Below, one piece after another: positions 13,230-26,741 of a stretch of DNA of 64,000 nucleotides. Origin of the DNA: Squalus acanthias (lineage: Eukaryota); the NCBI GenBank assembly GCA_030390025.1, contig CM059432.1:136526001-136590000 (forward strand), written 5' to 3'. Position 1 is the stretch's first letter; each line of letters opens with the position of its first letter. The translations under genes were made by a program, and so were the position numbers. The notes under the pieces were generated by a model, which had not been told where the DNA came from, searched no databases, and saw nothing but the letters and a program-made list of their open reading frames with translations.

Positions 13230-13809
13230 AACCCGAGCTGGAACCAGAGCAGGGAGGCTTGGCCGATTTTAACGGCTGGGCCTCATTTGATTGCCAACCA
13301 AAATGGCTGGGAAATCTGCGGGGAGCGGCTGTCCAGCTGTTAAGCCCGGGAGGCTTGGAGGCCGCAGCAGGACTCCGGGGGAAGGAGGAGAAGCCCGGGG
13401 CAAGGGATTCCCAAGATTTCCTTGTAGGGCCCAGAAGAGTGCTCTTGCTCCTCCTGGCCCACAAGAAAACCGGCAAAATGTTATATTTACCTGGGCCTCT
13501 CCCGGACCTGGATCCAGATTCCAACAGTTTTGGCCTGGAGGGGAGGACAGCACTGCACGCCTGCTCAGGCCCCAGTCATTGTTCCCTCTAATTTATTTTT
13601 TCATGCAGGGCCCCTTTAACTGGGCCCATTCAAAATTTCGCCCTTACGCAGTTCCTTCTCTGTGAAAGCCGGTGAGCGGCCTGCGCGTAACCTCCAGACT
13701 GCTGCTTAGCAGGAATGTTGGCCACAGGTAAAAATGGCAGTCGGGCCCCAATGGTGTCATTGGGGTTTCTGCTGGGTGGGGGGGCGGTGGGGGAGTTAAA
13801 ATCGAGCCC
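13230..13809. mobile_element. GC-rich Harbinger-type MITE fragment (one end seen)
   Basis: Ends in AAAATCGAGCCC, the same terminal pattern as the other MITEs; left TIR not found. Confidence 0.5.
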
Positions 13810-13829
13810 AATTTTTCTTCCATGGTGTG

Positions 13830-14737
13830 GGTGGGAAAGCAAGTTGTGCAGAGGACTCAAAAAATCTGCAAAGAGATATAGACAGACTAAGTGAGTGGGC
13901 AAACATTTGGCAGGTGGAGTATAATGTGGGAAAGTGCGAGGTTATCCACTTTGGCAGGAAAAATAAAAAAGCAAATTATTATTTAAATGGAGAGAGATTA
14001 CAAAATGCTACAGTTCAGAGGGACCTGGGGGTCCTTGTGCATGAAACACAAAAAAATAGCATGCAGGTACAGCAAGTAATCAAAAAGGCTAATGGAATGT
14101 TGGCCTTTATTGCAAGGGAGTTGGAGTATAAAAGCAGGGAAGTCCTGCTACAACTGTACAGGGTATTGGTGAGACCACACCTTGGGTACTGCGTACAGTT
14201 TTGGTCTCCTTATTTAAGGAAGGATATACTTGCATTGGAGGCAGTTCAGAGACGATTCACTAGGTTAATTCCAGAGTTGAGGGGGTTGACTTATGAAGAG
14301 AGGTTGGGCCTATACTCATTGGAATTTAGAAGAATGAGAGGTGATCTTATTGAAACATATAAGATACTGAGGGGGCTCGACAAAGTAGATGCAGAGAGGA
14401 TGTTTCCCCTCATGGGGAAATCTAGAACTCGGGGGCATAGTTTCAGAATAAATGGTTGCCATTTTAGAACTGAGATGAGGAGGAATTTCTTCTCTCAGAT
14501 GGTTGTAAATCTGTGGAATTCTCTGCCCCAGAGAGCCGTGGAGGCTGGATCATTAAATACATTTACGTTTGAAATAGACAGATTTTTGCAAGATAAGGGA
14601 GTGAAGGGTTATGGGGAGCGGGCTGGGAAGTGGCTTTGAGTCCAAGATCAGCCATGATCTTATTGAATGGCGGAGCAGGCTCGAGGGGCCAAGTGGCCTA
14701 TTCTTGCTCCTATTTCTTATGTTGTTATGTTCTTATG
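13830..14737 (+). mobile_element. CR1 LINE 3' fragment (ORF2 C-terminus)
   Basis: 270-aa ORF 13827..14639 (LQRDIDRL, RDLGV, LYRVLVRPHL, RGDLIE); TTCTTATG tail. Confidence 0.92.
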
Positions 14738-15271
14738 ACACCTATTTCTAACAGTTTTAAATTGACACTTCTGCAAAAGCCATGAATTTGAATTATTTAA
14801 TTATTAAAATGTCACTTTCACTCAAACCGAGCTGAGATTTTTACCCACCGCAACTGCAACTTTCATTTTTAGCCAATGCTCAGGTCACACCTTCAACCAA
14901 GATATTATGATCTGTGAATGTGGGAGTAAAACTTTCCCATGAGACAGCTAGCATTTTCTAGTTGGCCAAAGAATCGCAGGTGTGAATTTTATAAAAGTGT
15001 GACAAATGCATTTGATTTATTGCTACATTATCCCTAGAAGCACAGTGATTTCTAAATGACCTATTTATGCATTAAAGGTATCAGAAGTAAAAATACTAAA
15101 ACAAAAGCACTTTGCATATCTGCAAAAAAACCTAGCAATTTCTAGATGGATCCCTTATTATATACAGGAATTTTTAACCCTCAATTGAGATATTTTTGTT
15201 AAGATGTGTGCAGAAAAAGACAGGAGGCACAAGATTATTAAAACGATTGCACAGGTTATGGGTACAGAAAC

Positions 15272-15565
15272 AACATAAGAACATAAGAAATAGGAGCAGG
15301 AGTAGGCCATTTGGCCCCTCGAGCCTGCTCCGCCATTCAATAAGATCATGGCTGATCTTCTACCTCAACTCCACTTTCCCACCTGATTCCCATATCCCTT
15401 GATTCCAATTAGTATCCAAAAATCCATCAATCTCAGTCTTGAATATACTCAACGATTGAGCATCCACGGCCCTCTGGGGTAGAGAATTGCAAAGGTTCAC
15501 AACCCTCTCAGTAAAGAAATTTCGCCTCATCTCAGTCCGAAATGGCCAACCCCTTATCCTGAGAC
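15272..15565 (-). mobile_element. CR1 LINE 3' tip
   Basis: CATAAGAA tail repeats at ~15274-15289; RTEMRRNFFTERVVNL motif. Confidence 0.85.
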
Positions 15566-16374
15566 ATATACCACTTAGATAAAGTGTATATCTAAAAAGG
15601 TAGCAAGACAGAAGAAGATTTTTATCCAGGTACTTAGCTAAGCTTAGCAACACACCTAATGAAGACATACATACATTTAAATTCAACCTAGCACACCCTT
15701 TTTTTTTAGATGTACTGGAATTTTTTCTTAAATGCACAGTCATGGTGAAGAAAGGTTCATTGAAACAAATCCCTCACGTCGCCTACTTTCTTTAGGTCAA
15801 GAAATAGACTGGAGATGCACAACTTTTTCACTTGTAAGAAATGGAAATGTTTTCAAATTGAGGGGTTCAATTAAAAATAAAACAAACCCAAATGTAAATT
15901 AGTGGCAAATCATTTTGAATTGGACTTTCTTTATGCTTTTCTTTTGCAACAAAAAGTTGCAGTTTTGCATGTACAAAGTTGTTTTGTGTGTGCATCTTTG
16001 ATCCTATTTGTGCTCACAAATATTCACAGCTGTAATTGGACCACTGTAAACCATGCAGACACACAAAACTATAGTGAGCAAACACCATCAGTGGCTACTC
16101 TACCCGATAGGCATTGCAACCTTGCGCACCAACCTCTCCGTCATTAGTAATGCTCAATGGCGCAATGGCCCTTGTGGATGCACTGTGCTTTGTGTATGAA
16201 ATTTATTTTAAGAGGTTCTGAGGTATATCCACCCAGAGAATATTGATGTTTAACACTTTATTGGTGCACGTTCTGGCATTTTTTGAGTAGACAGTTTTTA
16301 TATATATATGTGAATATTTTCTGATGTGTTTACTGCTTCATATGAGAGAATACACTCTGCTAAACTGGACTGAA

Positions 16375-16870
16375 TACATTTGATGTGCATTATATACGGG
16401 TTTACATACATTATATATATATATCTCTATCATATACAGTGTCTATATGTTATATGTATGCTATATACATCATATACATTTGATGTATACCATATACAGT
16501 GTATATACATTATATATCATATATATGCTATATACATTATTATTATTCTTCTTCTTAGGCAGTCCCTCGGAACTGAGGATGACTTGCTTCCACACTAAAA
16601 ATTAGTTCTCAGGTGACTGATGAGTCCATTGCGGGACCTACAGTCTCTGTCACAGGTGGGGCAGACGGTGGTTGAAGGGGCGGGTGGGTGGGGTGCTTGG
16701 GTTGACGTGCGCTCCTTCCGCTGTTTGCGCTTGGCTTCCGCTTGCTCCCGGCGAAGAGACTCGAGGTGCTCGGCGCTACATTATACATTATATGTACATT
16801 GTATACATTATATACATTATATACATTTGATGTATATTATATATGGTTTATATACATAATGGTGAATCAT
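16375..16870. repeat. AT-rich degenerate microsatellite (TATACATT-like units) split by an RTE insert
   Basis: Repeated TATATACATT/TATACAT units on both sides of the insert. Confidence 0.75.
16546..16775 (-). mobile_element. RTE-clade LINE 3' tip
   Basis: (TTC)n tail; near-identical to 21644-21875 and to the reverse complement of ~44570-44805. Confidence 0.85.
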
Positions 16871-18439
16871 ATACACTGGCACTTAGCTATACAGATCAAA
16901 GAGGTGTGTTATTGTCCTGTCACACACTCCTATCCATCTATTATTCTTTTTATAATGAACATGCCCGGTGAACTAACTTACACTGTCCAACCATTGGTTT
17001 ATAAACAGCGCAATTTTCAAAACATATCTCATGCCAACACAATCCAGCAGATTTTCAGAACATCTGAACCAACAGTGAGTGAACTGTGACCCCAAATGAC
17101 ATCACAGATAAGTTGTGCATCTCACTTTGAAGGAACAAGTGGTATCCGAGATGTGAAATTCAAACCTTTAGAGATGTTAAAAGTGTTTCACGTAAAAGTG
17201 AGACTCAATACTTTTAAATTTTTTTTAAACCATATACTTAAACTATAAATAATGTGGTCCATTTAAAGGTCTCATCTCTGACCTTAGTGGCAGCAGCCAA
17301 TTTTGGTCATGCTACCAAATCAATTAAATGTAACAATATCTGAAGTCTTAAGAAAACAGGACCTCGCCATCACTTTTAGTCTCGAGGGCTAAAATAAAAG
17401 CCACCCTCCCTCATGAGATAAAATTGGTGAAATTTCTCCAAAACGAATGGTTTATTTTGTTTGACCTTAAGAAAACTATTATGAAAGCAAATCTAAAACA
17501 TGTGCATGCGGTTTAATGTAAAGAGTTAAATATTGCTTATAAAAATTGTAATCTACAAGCATTCCTTATTCCTCCATGGAAGCAAGTGTCTGCAACCTTA
17601 TCTTTTCCTTTGCCGTAATCTTAAATTGCTAAACCCATTTCATACATTTAATCCCCAGACTCTTTTGAAAACTAATCATTTGTCTGCCTTGACTATAAAA
17701 CATACCTTAGTAAACAAAAACCAAATTATCTGGGATTTCAGATTAGAAAATTATTGACTTAATTCTTTACAGCTTAATCACTGGATAATATCCAATAATC
17801 CACAAAGCACATCTTAATCAATGTTAATCATAGTTTATGTTCAGTAAAAGTACATAGTTGATGAAATGTACTTTATGATTTGAAGGATTTAACCCTTGGG
17901 ATATGGCTCTACTTGGATCATTTTTAATATAAAGTCAATACTGGCTGCAGACTCAGTAAATCTGTATGTCCTCAATGATCAGGGTTAGAGTCGCGATAGG
18001 AACATTAGGAGGGGTGAGGTATATGGGATCTTACCATACTTTGCTTCACTTTCCCTAGTTTTCTGTGTAAAAACACAATAGACCTCTTCAGTCCTGAAGT
18101 CCATCGTATTGTTTGAAGGGTTATATTGATGTTATCACATTTACGTAACATTATTCAATAAGGCGGAGGAAGAGCTGTGGTAGAAGGTGCAGCAGGTGTG
18201 GCTTGAGATAATTTAGGTTGCAGAGAAATCATAGAATCATAGTCGCCAACATTAACGGGCAGGCGTGGAGGGTGGTCAGAAGAAAACCCACAGTAGAGCA
18301 TTTACTAATCAATTCAAACGCTTTCATAAATAGAACAAAATGTTAGAGATTACTTTTATATGGGAAGACTGATCAGATCTGCCTAAGCGTGGCTGATTTC
18401 TCTGGATTAGGTTGGGATTTCATGCTAAACTACCACAGA

Positions 18440-18720
18440 TGGGGATACCTCAGAAGACTGGGTGACAAGTAGGTTAGAACACTGTGGGCTTTCACCTTTG
18501 GGACCTTGGCCGAAATCCAGCCCAAACTGCTGGATGGAAATTTCTGCACTCTGTCAGCTGAATAGCTCCTCCATAAAATAAGTGTGGTAACTCCAACTAA
18601 ACTGATAGTGCGTACAGGTATCACGGCACAAACCTGCTGATGATTCAGCATAAGTTGGCACTAAGGCTGGCATTGAACATGGAAGATTCACATTCGTAGA
18701 AAGCATATTTATTTTGCTGT
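18440..18720 (+). mobile_element. Ancient tRNA-derived SINE remnant
   Basis: GGCTTTCACCTTTGGGACCTTGGCCGAAATCCAGCCCA resembles a tRNA-like SINE head with a degenerate B box; family uncertain. Confidence 0.35.
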
Positions 18721-18805
18721 ATGTAATGACACTTTTCACCTGAATACTTGCAGACAACAGAGCATTACAATGCACAGCCCATTGTTGCAGGCTGGAGTAT
18801 GCTAA

Positions 18806-19280
18806 ACAACAACTTGCATTTATATAGCGCCTTTAATGTAGTAAAACATCCCAAGGCACTTCAAAGGAGCGATTATCAAACAAAGTTTGACACCGAGCCA
18901 CATAAGGACAGGTGACCAAAAACTTGGTCAAAGTTTTAAGGGGTGTTTTAAAGGAGGAGAGAGAGATAGGGAGGCAGAGAGGTTTAGGGAGGGAGCTTAA
19001 GGCCCAGGCAGCTGAAGGCACGGCCGTCAATGGTGGAGCAGTGAAAATCCGGGATGCACAAGAGGCCAGAATTGGAGGAGCACAGAGATCTCGGAGGGCT
19101 GTAGGGCTGGAGGAGGTTGCAGAGATAGGGAGGGGCGAAGAATTTGAAAACAAGGATGAGAATTTTAAAATCGAGGCATTGCCGAATCGGGACCCAATGT
19201 AGGTCAGCGAGCACAGGGGCGATGGGTGAGTGGGATTTGGTGCGAGTTAGGATACGGGCAGCAGAGTTTTAGATGAGCTA
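18806..19280 (-). mobile_element. L2 LINE 3' fragment
   Basis: AACAACAACTTGCATTTATATAGCGCC terminus; ORF 18984..19214 LADLHWVPIRQ. Confidence 0.85.
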
Positions 19281-19342
19281 AAGCATACTTTTATTTTATA
19301 TTTTTTTCATGTTAAATAGTCAAACTCGCAACAATTTAACAA

Positions 19343-20280
19343 ATATACAACAAATATACTTTCCTTTAAGGCACAAAAATCCCACAGGAAAAGTGGTCCA
19401 ACCGTGGCTAACAAGAGAAGTTAAAAATAGTATTAGATCAAAGGAAGAGGCTTATAATGTTGCCAAAAAGAGTACTGAGACTGAGGATTGGGAGGATTTT
19501 TAGAATTCAGCAAAGGAGGAACAAGAAATTGATAAAGAGAGCAAAAATAGAATGAGAGTAAACTAGCGAGAGACATAAAAACAGACTGTTAAAGCTTCTA
19601 TAGGTATGTAAAAAAGACAAATTTAGCGAAAGTAAATGTGGGTCCCTTACAGGCTGAGACAGGAGAAATTATAATGGGGAATAATGAAATGGCAGAGAAA
19701 TTAAACAAATACTTACATCTGTCTTCACGGAAGAATACTCAAAAAACTTCCTGGAAATAGCGGAGAACCAAGGGTCTAGTGAGAATGAGGAACTGAAAGA
19801 AATTAGTATTAGTAAAAAAATAGAACTGGGAAATTAATGGGGCTGAAAGCCGATAAATCCCCTGGACCTGATGGCCTACATCCTAGGGTTTTGAAAGAGG
19901 TGGCTGTAGAGATAGTGAATGCATTGGTTGTCATTTTCCAAAATTCCATAGATTCTAAAACGGTTCCCGCAGATTGGAAGGTAGCAAATGTAACCTCACT
20001 ATTTAAGAAAGGAGGGAGAGAGAAAATGGGGAACTACAGACCAGTTAGCCTGACATCGGTAGTAGGGAAAATGCTAGAATCTATTATTAAGGACGTGGTA
20101 ACAGGGCACTTAGAAAATAATAATAGGATTGGGCAGAGTCAACATGGATTTATGAAAGGGAAATTGTCTTTGACGAATCTGTTAGAGTTTTTTGGGGTTG
20201 TAACTCGCAGAATAGATAAGGGGGATCCAGTGGATGTGGTGCATTTGGATTTTCAGAAGGCATTCGATAAGGTGCCACAA
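19343..20280 (+). mobile_element. CR1 LINE internal fragment (N-terminal RT region)
   Basis: ORF 19837..20337: [34 protein letters not shown]. Confidence 0.9.
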
Positions 20281-20577
20281 GAAATAGGAGCAGGAGTAGG
20301 CCATTCTGCCTTTCGAGCCTGCTCTACCGTTCACTAAGATCATGGCTGATCTTCTACCTCAACTCTACCTTCCCGCACTATCCCCATATCCCTTGGTTCC
20401 CTTAGTATCCAAAAATCTATCGATCTCTGTCTTGAATATACACAATGACCGAGCATCCATAGCCCTCTCGGGGGAGAGAATTCCAAAGATTCACAACCCT
20501 CTGAGTGAAGAAATTTCTCCTCATCTCGGTCCTAAATGGCCGAACCCTTATTCTGAGACTATGACCCCTAGTTCTAG
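20281..20577 (-). mobile_element. CR1 LINE 3' tip in opposite orientation
   Basis: TRGHSLRIR...RNFFTQRVVNLWNSLP in ORF 20417..20677. Confidence 0.85.
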
Positions 20578-21570
20578 TGTGACAAAAAGTGTGACTAAAA
20601 CTTGACAACAGGGAATATAAAGTAGTGCAAGGCAGTATTACGTGCTCAGAGTACAAATAATGTACAAAGTATCTCATATAGGAAAGGCATCTGTAAATTC
20701 TATTAGATTTTTAATTCATTCTTATATGTTCTGAAAAGATGCAAGAATCCTAGAGGATCATAGAGGATGTTTGAATTTTATATCCTGCAGGATGTGCTGA
20801 TATTTCCTCCCCCCCCCCGATTTTCCTGATATATAGATAAAATGATATGATCTATAATTTTGCTTGGTGGTTGTATTTTTTTAAAAAGGCCTACCGAATG
20901 CAAGCTGGGGTGGCCCAAAATATATGATAATTGTTGGTCTTCATAATCAGCTTAAATATTTAATCAAATAATCAGACGACTGGAAGCTATTAACATGTTG
21001 ATTACAATAAACAATTACCTCTGAAAACAGATTAAATCGTGGGTTCAGATTGGACTTAAAAGGTCATTAGTGAGTCTTTGTGGTCATACTCATACTGTTA
21101 GTGGGAGAAAAAGCTATAACCAATAATACCCATGATCCTACATCACAACAGTGACTACACTTCAAAAAGTACTTCATTGGCTGTAAAGCGCTGTGGGGTG
21201 TCCCGAGGTTATGCAAGGCGCTATAGAAATACAAGTTCTTTCTTTTCCTATGGTAGGATCCATATAACTCACACTTGGGAAGAGTCTTGTTGCATGGCGC
21301 TCAATGTGTTTGGGCATTCTGCAAGTTTATTAATATTGAGCATTTCCTTTTAACGAAAGTTCCTCAGAAAAGATCTGGGAATAAATGTTCTTAGTAACAC
21401 CAATGACCAGCAAGGGCTAGTAAATGTCGGCTACTGTAAGAGTAAATATTGTCAATTTCTCTTAAGTCAGGCAATTTCTAAAAGCTGAGAAAATGCACAT
21501 CTATTATTAAAAAAAAGTTACATTACATGACACCATATAAAGTGATGGTTAACATTATGGATAAAGAAAA

Positions 21571-22278
21571 CAACAACAACAACTTGCATTTATATAGCAC
21601 CTTTAATATAGTAAAACATCCCAAGGTGCTTCAGAGGAGCTGTCTTCTCTTCTTAGGCAGTCCCTCGGAACCGAGGATGACTTGCTTCCACACTAAAAAT
21701 GAGTTCTCAGGTGACTGATGAGTCCAATGCGGGACCTACAGTCTCTGTCACAGGTGGGGCAGACGGTGGTTGAAGGGGCGGGTGGATGGGGTGCTTGGGT
21801 TGACGTGTGCTCCTTCCGCTGTTTGCGCTTGGCTTCCGCTTGCTCCCGGCGAAGAGACTCGAGGTGTTCGGCGCCTTCCCGGATGCTTCGCCTCCACTTC
21901 GAGCGGTCTTGGGCCAGGGATTCCCAGGTGTCGATGGGGATGTTGCACTTTTTCAAGGAGGCTTTGAGGGTGTCCTTGAAGCGTTTCCTCTGCCCACCTG
22001 GGGCTCTCCTGCCATGTCAGAGCTCCGAGTAGAGCACTTGTTTTGGGAGTCTCGAATCGGGCATGCGGACGATGTGACCCGTCCATCGGAGCTGATCGAG
22101 CGTGGTCAAAGCTTCAATGCTGGGGATGTCGGCCTGCAGAGGAGCTGTATCAGACAAAGTTTGACATAGAGACACATAAGGAGATATTAAGACAAGTGAC
22201 CAAAAGCTTGGTCAAAGAGGTAGGTTTTACGGAGCGTCTTAAAGGAGGAGAGAGAGGTAGAGAGGTTTAGGGAGGGAA
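21571..22278 (-). mobile_element. L2 LINE 3' tip interrupted by RTE
   Basis: (CAA)n tail at 21571; L2 sequence resumes at 22149. Confidence 0.8.
21644..22136 (-). mobile_element. RTE-clade LINE 3' fragment with 12-bp TSD
   Basis: CAGAGGAGCTGT at 21632-21643 and 22137-22148; C-terminal CPTC...HLRTH zinc-finger-like motif. Confidence 0.9.
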
Positions 22279-23156
22279 ACAAAATATTTTGTTCTCTTTA
22301 CATTACTTGATAAAATGGTGGTTTGCATTATGGGAAAAGGTTGGGAAAATATTGCAGCCATAGTCTTGCAGCACTTAGGTGTAATGGTACTTTTCACTGA
22401 TGTAAATTGTATTCACTAAGTGTGCTTCCATCAGCAGGCTGGTAACTCAAGCAATTGAGTGATGTGACATCTAACTAGAAGGTCACGAGACTCAGACCAA
22501 GGGCAGCCTGCCACTCAGACCTGTTCGACTCATTCAGAAAAGTTTTTGATTGTTTGAGCAGCTGGTAATAACCCGATTAGCATATTCAACTCAAGCAGGC
22601 AGTGTGTGGCATCTCTGCCAGTTTTAGCCATACAGTGCAAAATGGGTTTAGTCGGCAAGGGTCAGTTAAACTCATGAACATTGCTGACAAGTGGAAAAGG
22701 CAGGCTGTTAAAATTTAGGAGAAATCGTCAAGGATGCACCAATCCCAATGCTGCAATATCCTAACATTTATTCTAAAATCCTAACTTTTCTAGGATTAGG
22801 GATTTTTGTATCTTATTTCCACCCCCCGCCCCTGCCAATGTTTCTCCTCTTGACTCCTGACTATGCTAATATACTGTTCCATTGGCGCTCTCAGTTGAAG
22901 CAAACTTAGGCGCCGTACTTAGGTCATGAATGATGTCAAAACAGTTAAATGTGAAGTTGAAAGAGATTTATGGAGTCCAGTAGACTTGACACTGTGGAAC
23001 AGCAATCAACAAAGTTATACAAACGCTGAACTATATAAATAGTGTACAAGTCAAAAGAGCTACACAGCTAACCCCTAGCATCAGAGGACTGAGCTAAATA
23101 ATGGAGAAACTGGGTCAATTCAGCCTCAAAAGGAAGTGACTGAGAGTATATTATAT

Positions 23157-23655
23157 CATAGAATAATACAGCACAGAGGGAGGATATACGGACCATCATT
23201 CCTGTGCCGGCTCTTTGAAAGAGCTCTCCAATTAGTCCCACCCCCCTCCTTTTTCCCCACATGCCTGCAAATTTTTCTGTTCAAGTATTTATCCAATTCC
23301 CTTTTGAAAGTTACTATTGAATCTGCTTCCACCGCCCTTTCAGGCAGTGCATTCCAGATCATAACAACTCGCTGTGTAAAATAAATTCTCCTCATCTCCC
23401 CTCTGGTTCTTTTGCCAATTAACTTAAATCTTTGTCCTCTGGTACTGACACTCCTGCCAGTAGAAACAGTGTCTCCTTATTTACCCTATCAAAACCCTTC
23501 ATAATTTTGAATACCTTTATTAATTCTTCCCTGAACCTTCTCTGCTCTAAGGAGAACAATCCCAGCTTCTCTAGTTTCATAACTGAAGTCCCTCATCCCT
23601 GCTATCATTCTAGTAAATCTTCTCTGCTCCTTCTCCAAAGCCTTGACATCCTTAG
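23157..23655 (-). mobile_element. CR1 LINE 3' fragment (older)
   Basis: KALEKEQRRFTRM and FTQRVVMIWNALP motifs. Confidence 0.8.
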
Positions 23656-23739
23656 ATGAGCTAACTCCATGTAGCACGGGATTGAATATAACTTGCTGCT
23701 CCACATGGTCCAATTCATAAAAGTCCAGATTCTACTGGG

Positions 23740-24420
23740 AAAATAAGAATCGAAATGGGGTAGAGGAGCAAAGGGATCTGGGAGTACAAATACACAAATC
23801 TATGAAAGTTGTGATGCAGGTCAATAAGACCATAACAAAAGCAAACCAAGCACTAGGGTTTATTTCTAGAGGGATAGGGAAGTTATGCTAAACCTGTATC
23901 GAACCTTATTATAAAAAGGATATAGAGGCACTGGAGAGGGTGCAAAAAAGATTTACAAGGATGATGCCAAAACTGCAAGGTTACACCCATCAGGAAAGGA
24001 TGAACAGGCTGGGTCTCTTTTCTCTTGAAAAGAGAAGGCTGAGGGGTGACCTAATAGAGGTCTTTAAAATTATGAAAGGTTTTGATAGAGTGGATACAGA
24101 GAGAATGTTTCCACTTGTGGGGAAGAGCATAACTAGAGGCCATCAATATAAGATAGTCACCAAGAAATCCAATAGGGAATTCAGGAGAAACTTCTTTACC
24201 CAAAGAGTGGTGAGAATGTGGAACTCGCTACCACAGGGAGTGGTTGAAGCGAATAGTATAGATGCATTTAAGGGGAGGCTGGACAAGCATATGAGGGAGA
24301 AGGGAATAGAGGGTTATGCGATAGAGTTAGATGAGGAAAGATGGGAGGAGGCTCGAGTGGAGCATAAACGCCAGCATTGACTGCTTGGGCCGAATGGCCT
24401 GTTTCTGTGCCGTATATCCT
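23740..24420 (+). mobile_element. CR1 LINE 3' fragment
   Basis: ORF 23940..24380 QKRFTRMMP...LRGDLIEVFK...WNSLP. Confidence 0.85.
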
Positions 24421-24630
24421 AAGTAAGTTCCACATTGGGGCGTACGTTGACCAGCAGTCCATCGCAGTAGCATGCAATTATTTTGGAAGTATTTCAAACA
24501 TACTTTACTTTAAAGCTGATAAGAACACTTTAAATAAATAAATGTTATGCTGATGAAATCATTTTTTTAACATCACTTTGATTGCTATGCTTCCAATTTG
24601 CTCAGTTAATTTAACATTTAAAAAGGTTAT

Positions 24631-24816
24631 AGTCTAGAAATTCATCTTGGGTGGTGGTGCAAAGCGGGCGGTATCAGATCGGCTGCCCGTTATACGCTGC
24701 GCTTGATATTCAGTTCCAATGCAGACAACGGGTCTGAACATCAGGCGTTGTGTATAACGGCGAGCCAGTCCAATACCGCCCGTTTCGCAGCACTGCCTGA
24801 GATGAATTTCTAGACC
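24631..24816. mobile_element. 186-bp hairpin MITE, Harbinger-type ends
   Basis: Whole element is an imperfect inverted repeat (GTCTAGAAATTCATCT / AGATGAATTTCTAGAC); flanks TAT / CAT. Confidence 0.8.
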
Positions 24817-25349
24817 CATATATTTATACCACTATTCTACTTGCTTTCTAAAATATTTTTCAAAAAGGCACCATCTTCAATAAAAAAAATGTTTGGCAAA
24901 CCTTTTGCTTGAGGTGGGTTAAGAGACAGAAGAAGCAGGTGTTATTTCCATCAAAACATCTCACATAAGTGACATAATGGACTGGATTTTCTTCCATTCC
25001 ACCCAAAATCGGGTGGGATAGCAATGGAAGTGGCAGGAACAAGCTTGCGAGGCTGAATGGCCGACTCCTGTTCCTATGTTCCTATGAACTGGCAGGAAAA
25101 TGGAGCAATGAGGCCTATCACTGCTTTCATGTCAAAAAACCTTGATTTCCCACCCCTGACCGTGCCAGAATTGCCTCTGGCACATACAAATGGGAAGGCA
25201 GGGAAACGGAGCCCAGGTTCCCAGTGGATTTCCCTCCCTACCGCCCCACACACCAGGTCTGCCTGGAAAAAAGGTAGAGGTAGGCCTGAGATAGTGATGG
25301 AGGGAAGAGCCTGGTAAAGGGCTTCGCTGCTTCTAATTCAGTCTCCATA

Positions 25350-25520
25350 CACTCACCTTTGTAGCTTGCAGTCTCTTCCTTGATCATCGGAGCTCTTCTG
25401 GCACTTTAAGGCCTTGCTGCAGTGCTGCAGATTGTCCAGCGTCACAATGGCAGGCTTCCTCTTGATGGCGGGAATCTTGCCGGGAGTCAGGCCTGCATTC
25501 TAAATTGTCCCCGCTCCAGG
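25350..25520 (-). pseudogene. Degraded Harbinger Myb/SANT exon relic
   Basis: Minus strand gives FPPSRGSLP...KCQKSSDD...AAG|GTGAGT, paralleling FPSSGQRKPP...QCRKRFKD...AAG|GTGAGT at ~48014-48167; a TIR-like AAT|GGACTGGATTTT lies at 24979. Confidence 0.45.
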
Positions 25521-25754
25521 AAAATGGGTCTGAGTCAAGGCGAAGTAGGAGTGGTGGGCAGAAGTCCCCCTCCCCCAGCCCGTTACCTGACAAATCTAGC
25601 TCAATATGTTTTGAAGCTATTTCAAAAAAGAAAGTATTTCTGTAGCCCACTAACCTTGGCAGAACTGTCTCTGGTTGTCCTTTCCCTTTCTGACACATAC
25701 AAATGGGAAAGCAGGGAGACAGAGCCCAGGTTCCCAATGGATTTCCCCCCATCC

Positions 25755-26095
25755 ACGACCTCAGGATATCCCAAAACGCTTTACAGCCAATGAATTACTT
25801 TTGAAGAGTAGTCACTGATGTAGTGTAGGAAATGCAGCAGCCAATTTGTGCACAGCAAGGCCCCACAAACAGCAATGTGATAATGACCAGATAATTTCTT
25901 TCTTTTGAGTGAAGTTGGTTGAGGGATAAACATTGGCCAGGACACAGGGATGACTCCCCTGTTCTTCTGTGCAGCACTCCCACAGTACTGGCACTGGGAG
26001 TGTCAGCCTAGATTTTGCGCTCAAATCTCTGGAGTGAACCCAAAACTGTCTGATTCAGGGACAAGTGTGCTACCAACTGAGCCATGGCTGACACT
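25755..26095 (-). mobile_element. Deu-core SINE with internal deletion
   Basis: Reverse complement of the SINE at 4870-5292; head GTGTCAGCCATGGCTCAGTTGGTAGCAC. Confidence 0.75.
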
Positions 26096-26154
26096 GTAAA
26101 TTTACATTATCGTTGCTTCTGTTTGCAAACAAGCATAAGGGGTTTGCAAACACA

Positions 26155-26650
26155 ACAATAACATCAAGAAGGCATTTAGATAATGCTTTTAACATAGAAA
26201 AATATTTCAAGGTGCTTCACAGAGACATAATCACACAGAAATGGACACAGAGTCAAAGAAGGATATATATTCGGATGGGTGACCAAAAGTTTGGTGGGTT
26301 TTAAGGATCTTAAAGGAGGAGAGGGAGGTAAAGGTGTTTAGGGAGGGGATTCCAGAACTTAGGGCCTAGACAACTGAAGGCATGGCCGCCAATGGTGGAG
26401 TGATGAAAATCGCGGATTAGCAAGAGGTCAGAATCGGAGGAGCGCAGAGATCTCAGAGGGCTGTAGGACTGGGGGAGGTTACTGAGATGGGGAGGGGCGA
26501 GGACATGGAGGGATTTGAAAACAATGATGAGAATTTTAAAATCGAGGCGTTGCCGGACCGGGAGCCAATGTAGGTCAGCGAGGACAGAGGTGATGGGTGA
26601 ATGGGACTTGGTGCGAGTTAGGATACGGGCTGAGCTCCAGTTTACGGAGG
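26155..26650 (-). mobile_element. L2 LINE 3' fragment
   Basis: Collinear with the other L2 copies (e.g. 514-1062). Confidence 0.8.
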
Positions 26651-26741
26651 CTGAAAATGAATTATTTTCATTTTATTTATGATTTAAAAGAGGCAACTGA
26701 CTCCAGTCCAGTTTTGGAGTTAAAACAGAACTGTAAATCAG

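Noticed and set aside
19343..20577. CR1 twin-priming inversion
   Set aside because: The junction joins an internal plus-strand piece to the 3' tail of a minus-strand piece, and the pieces are not contiguous in CR1; separate insertions are more likely.
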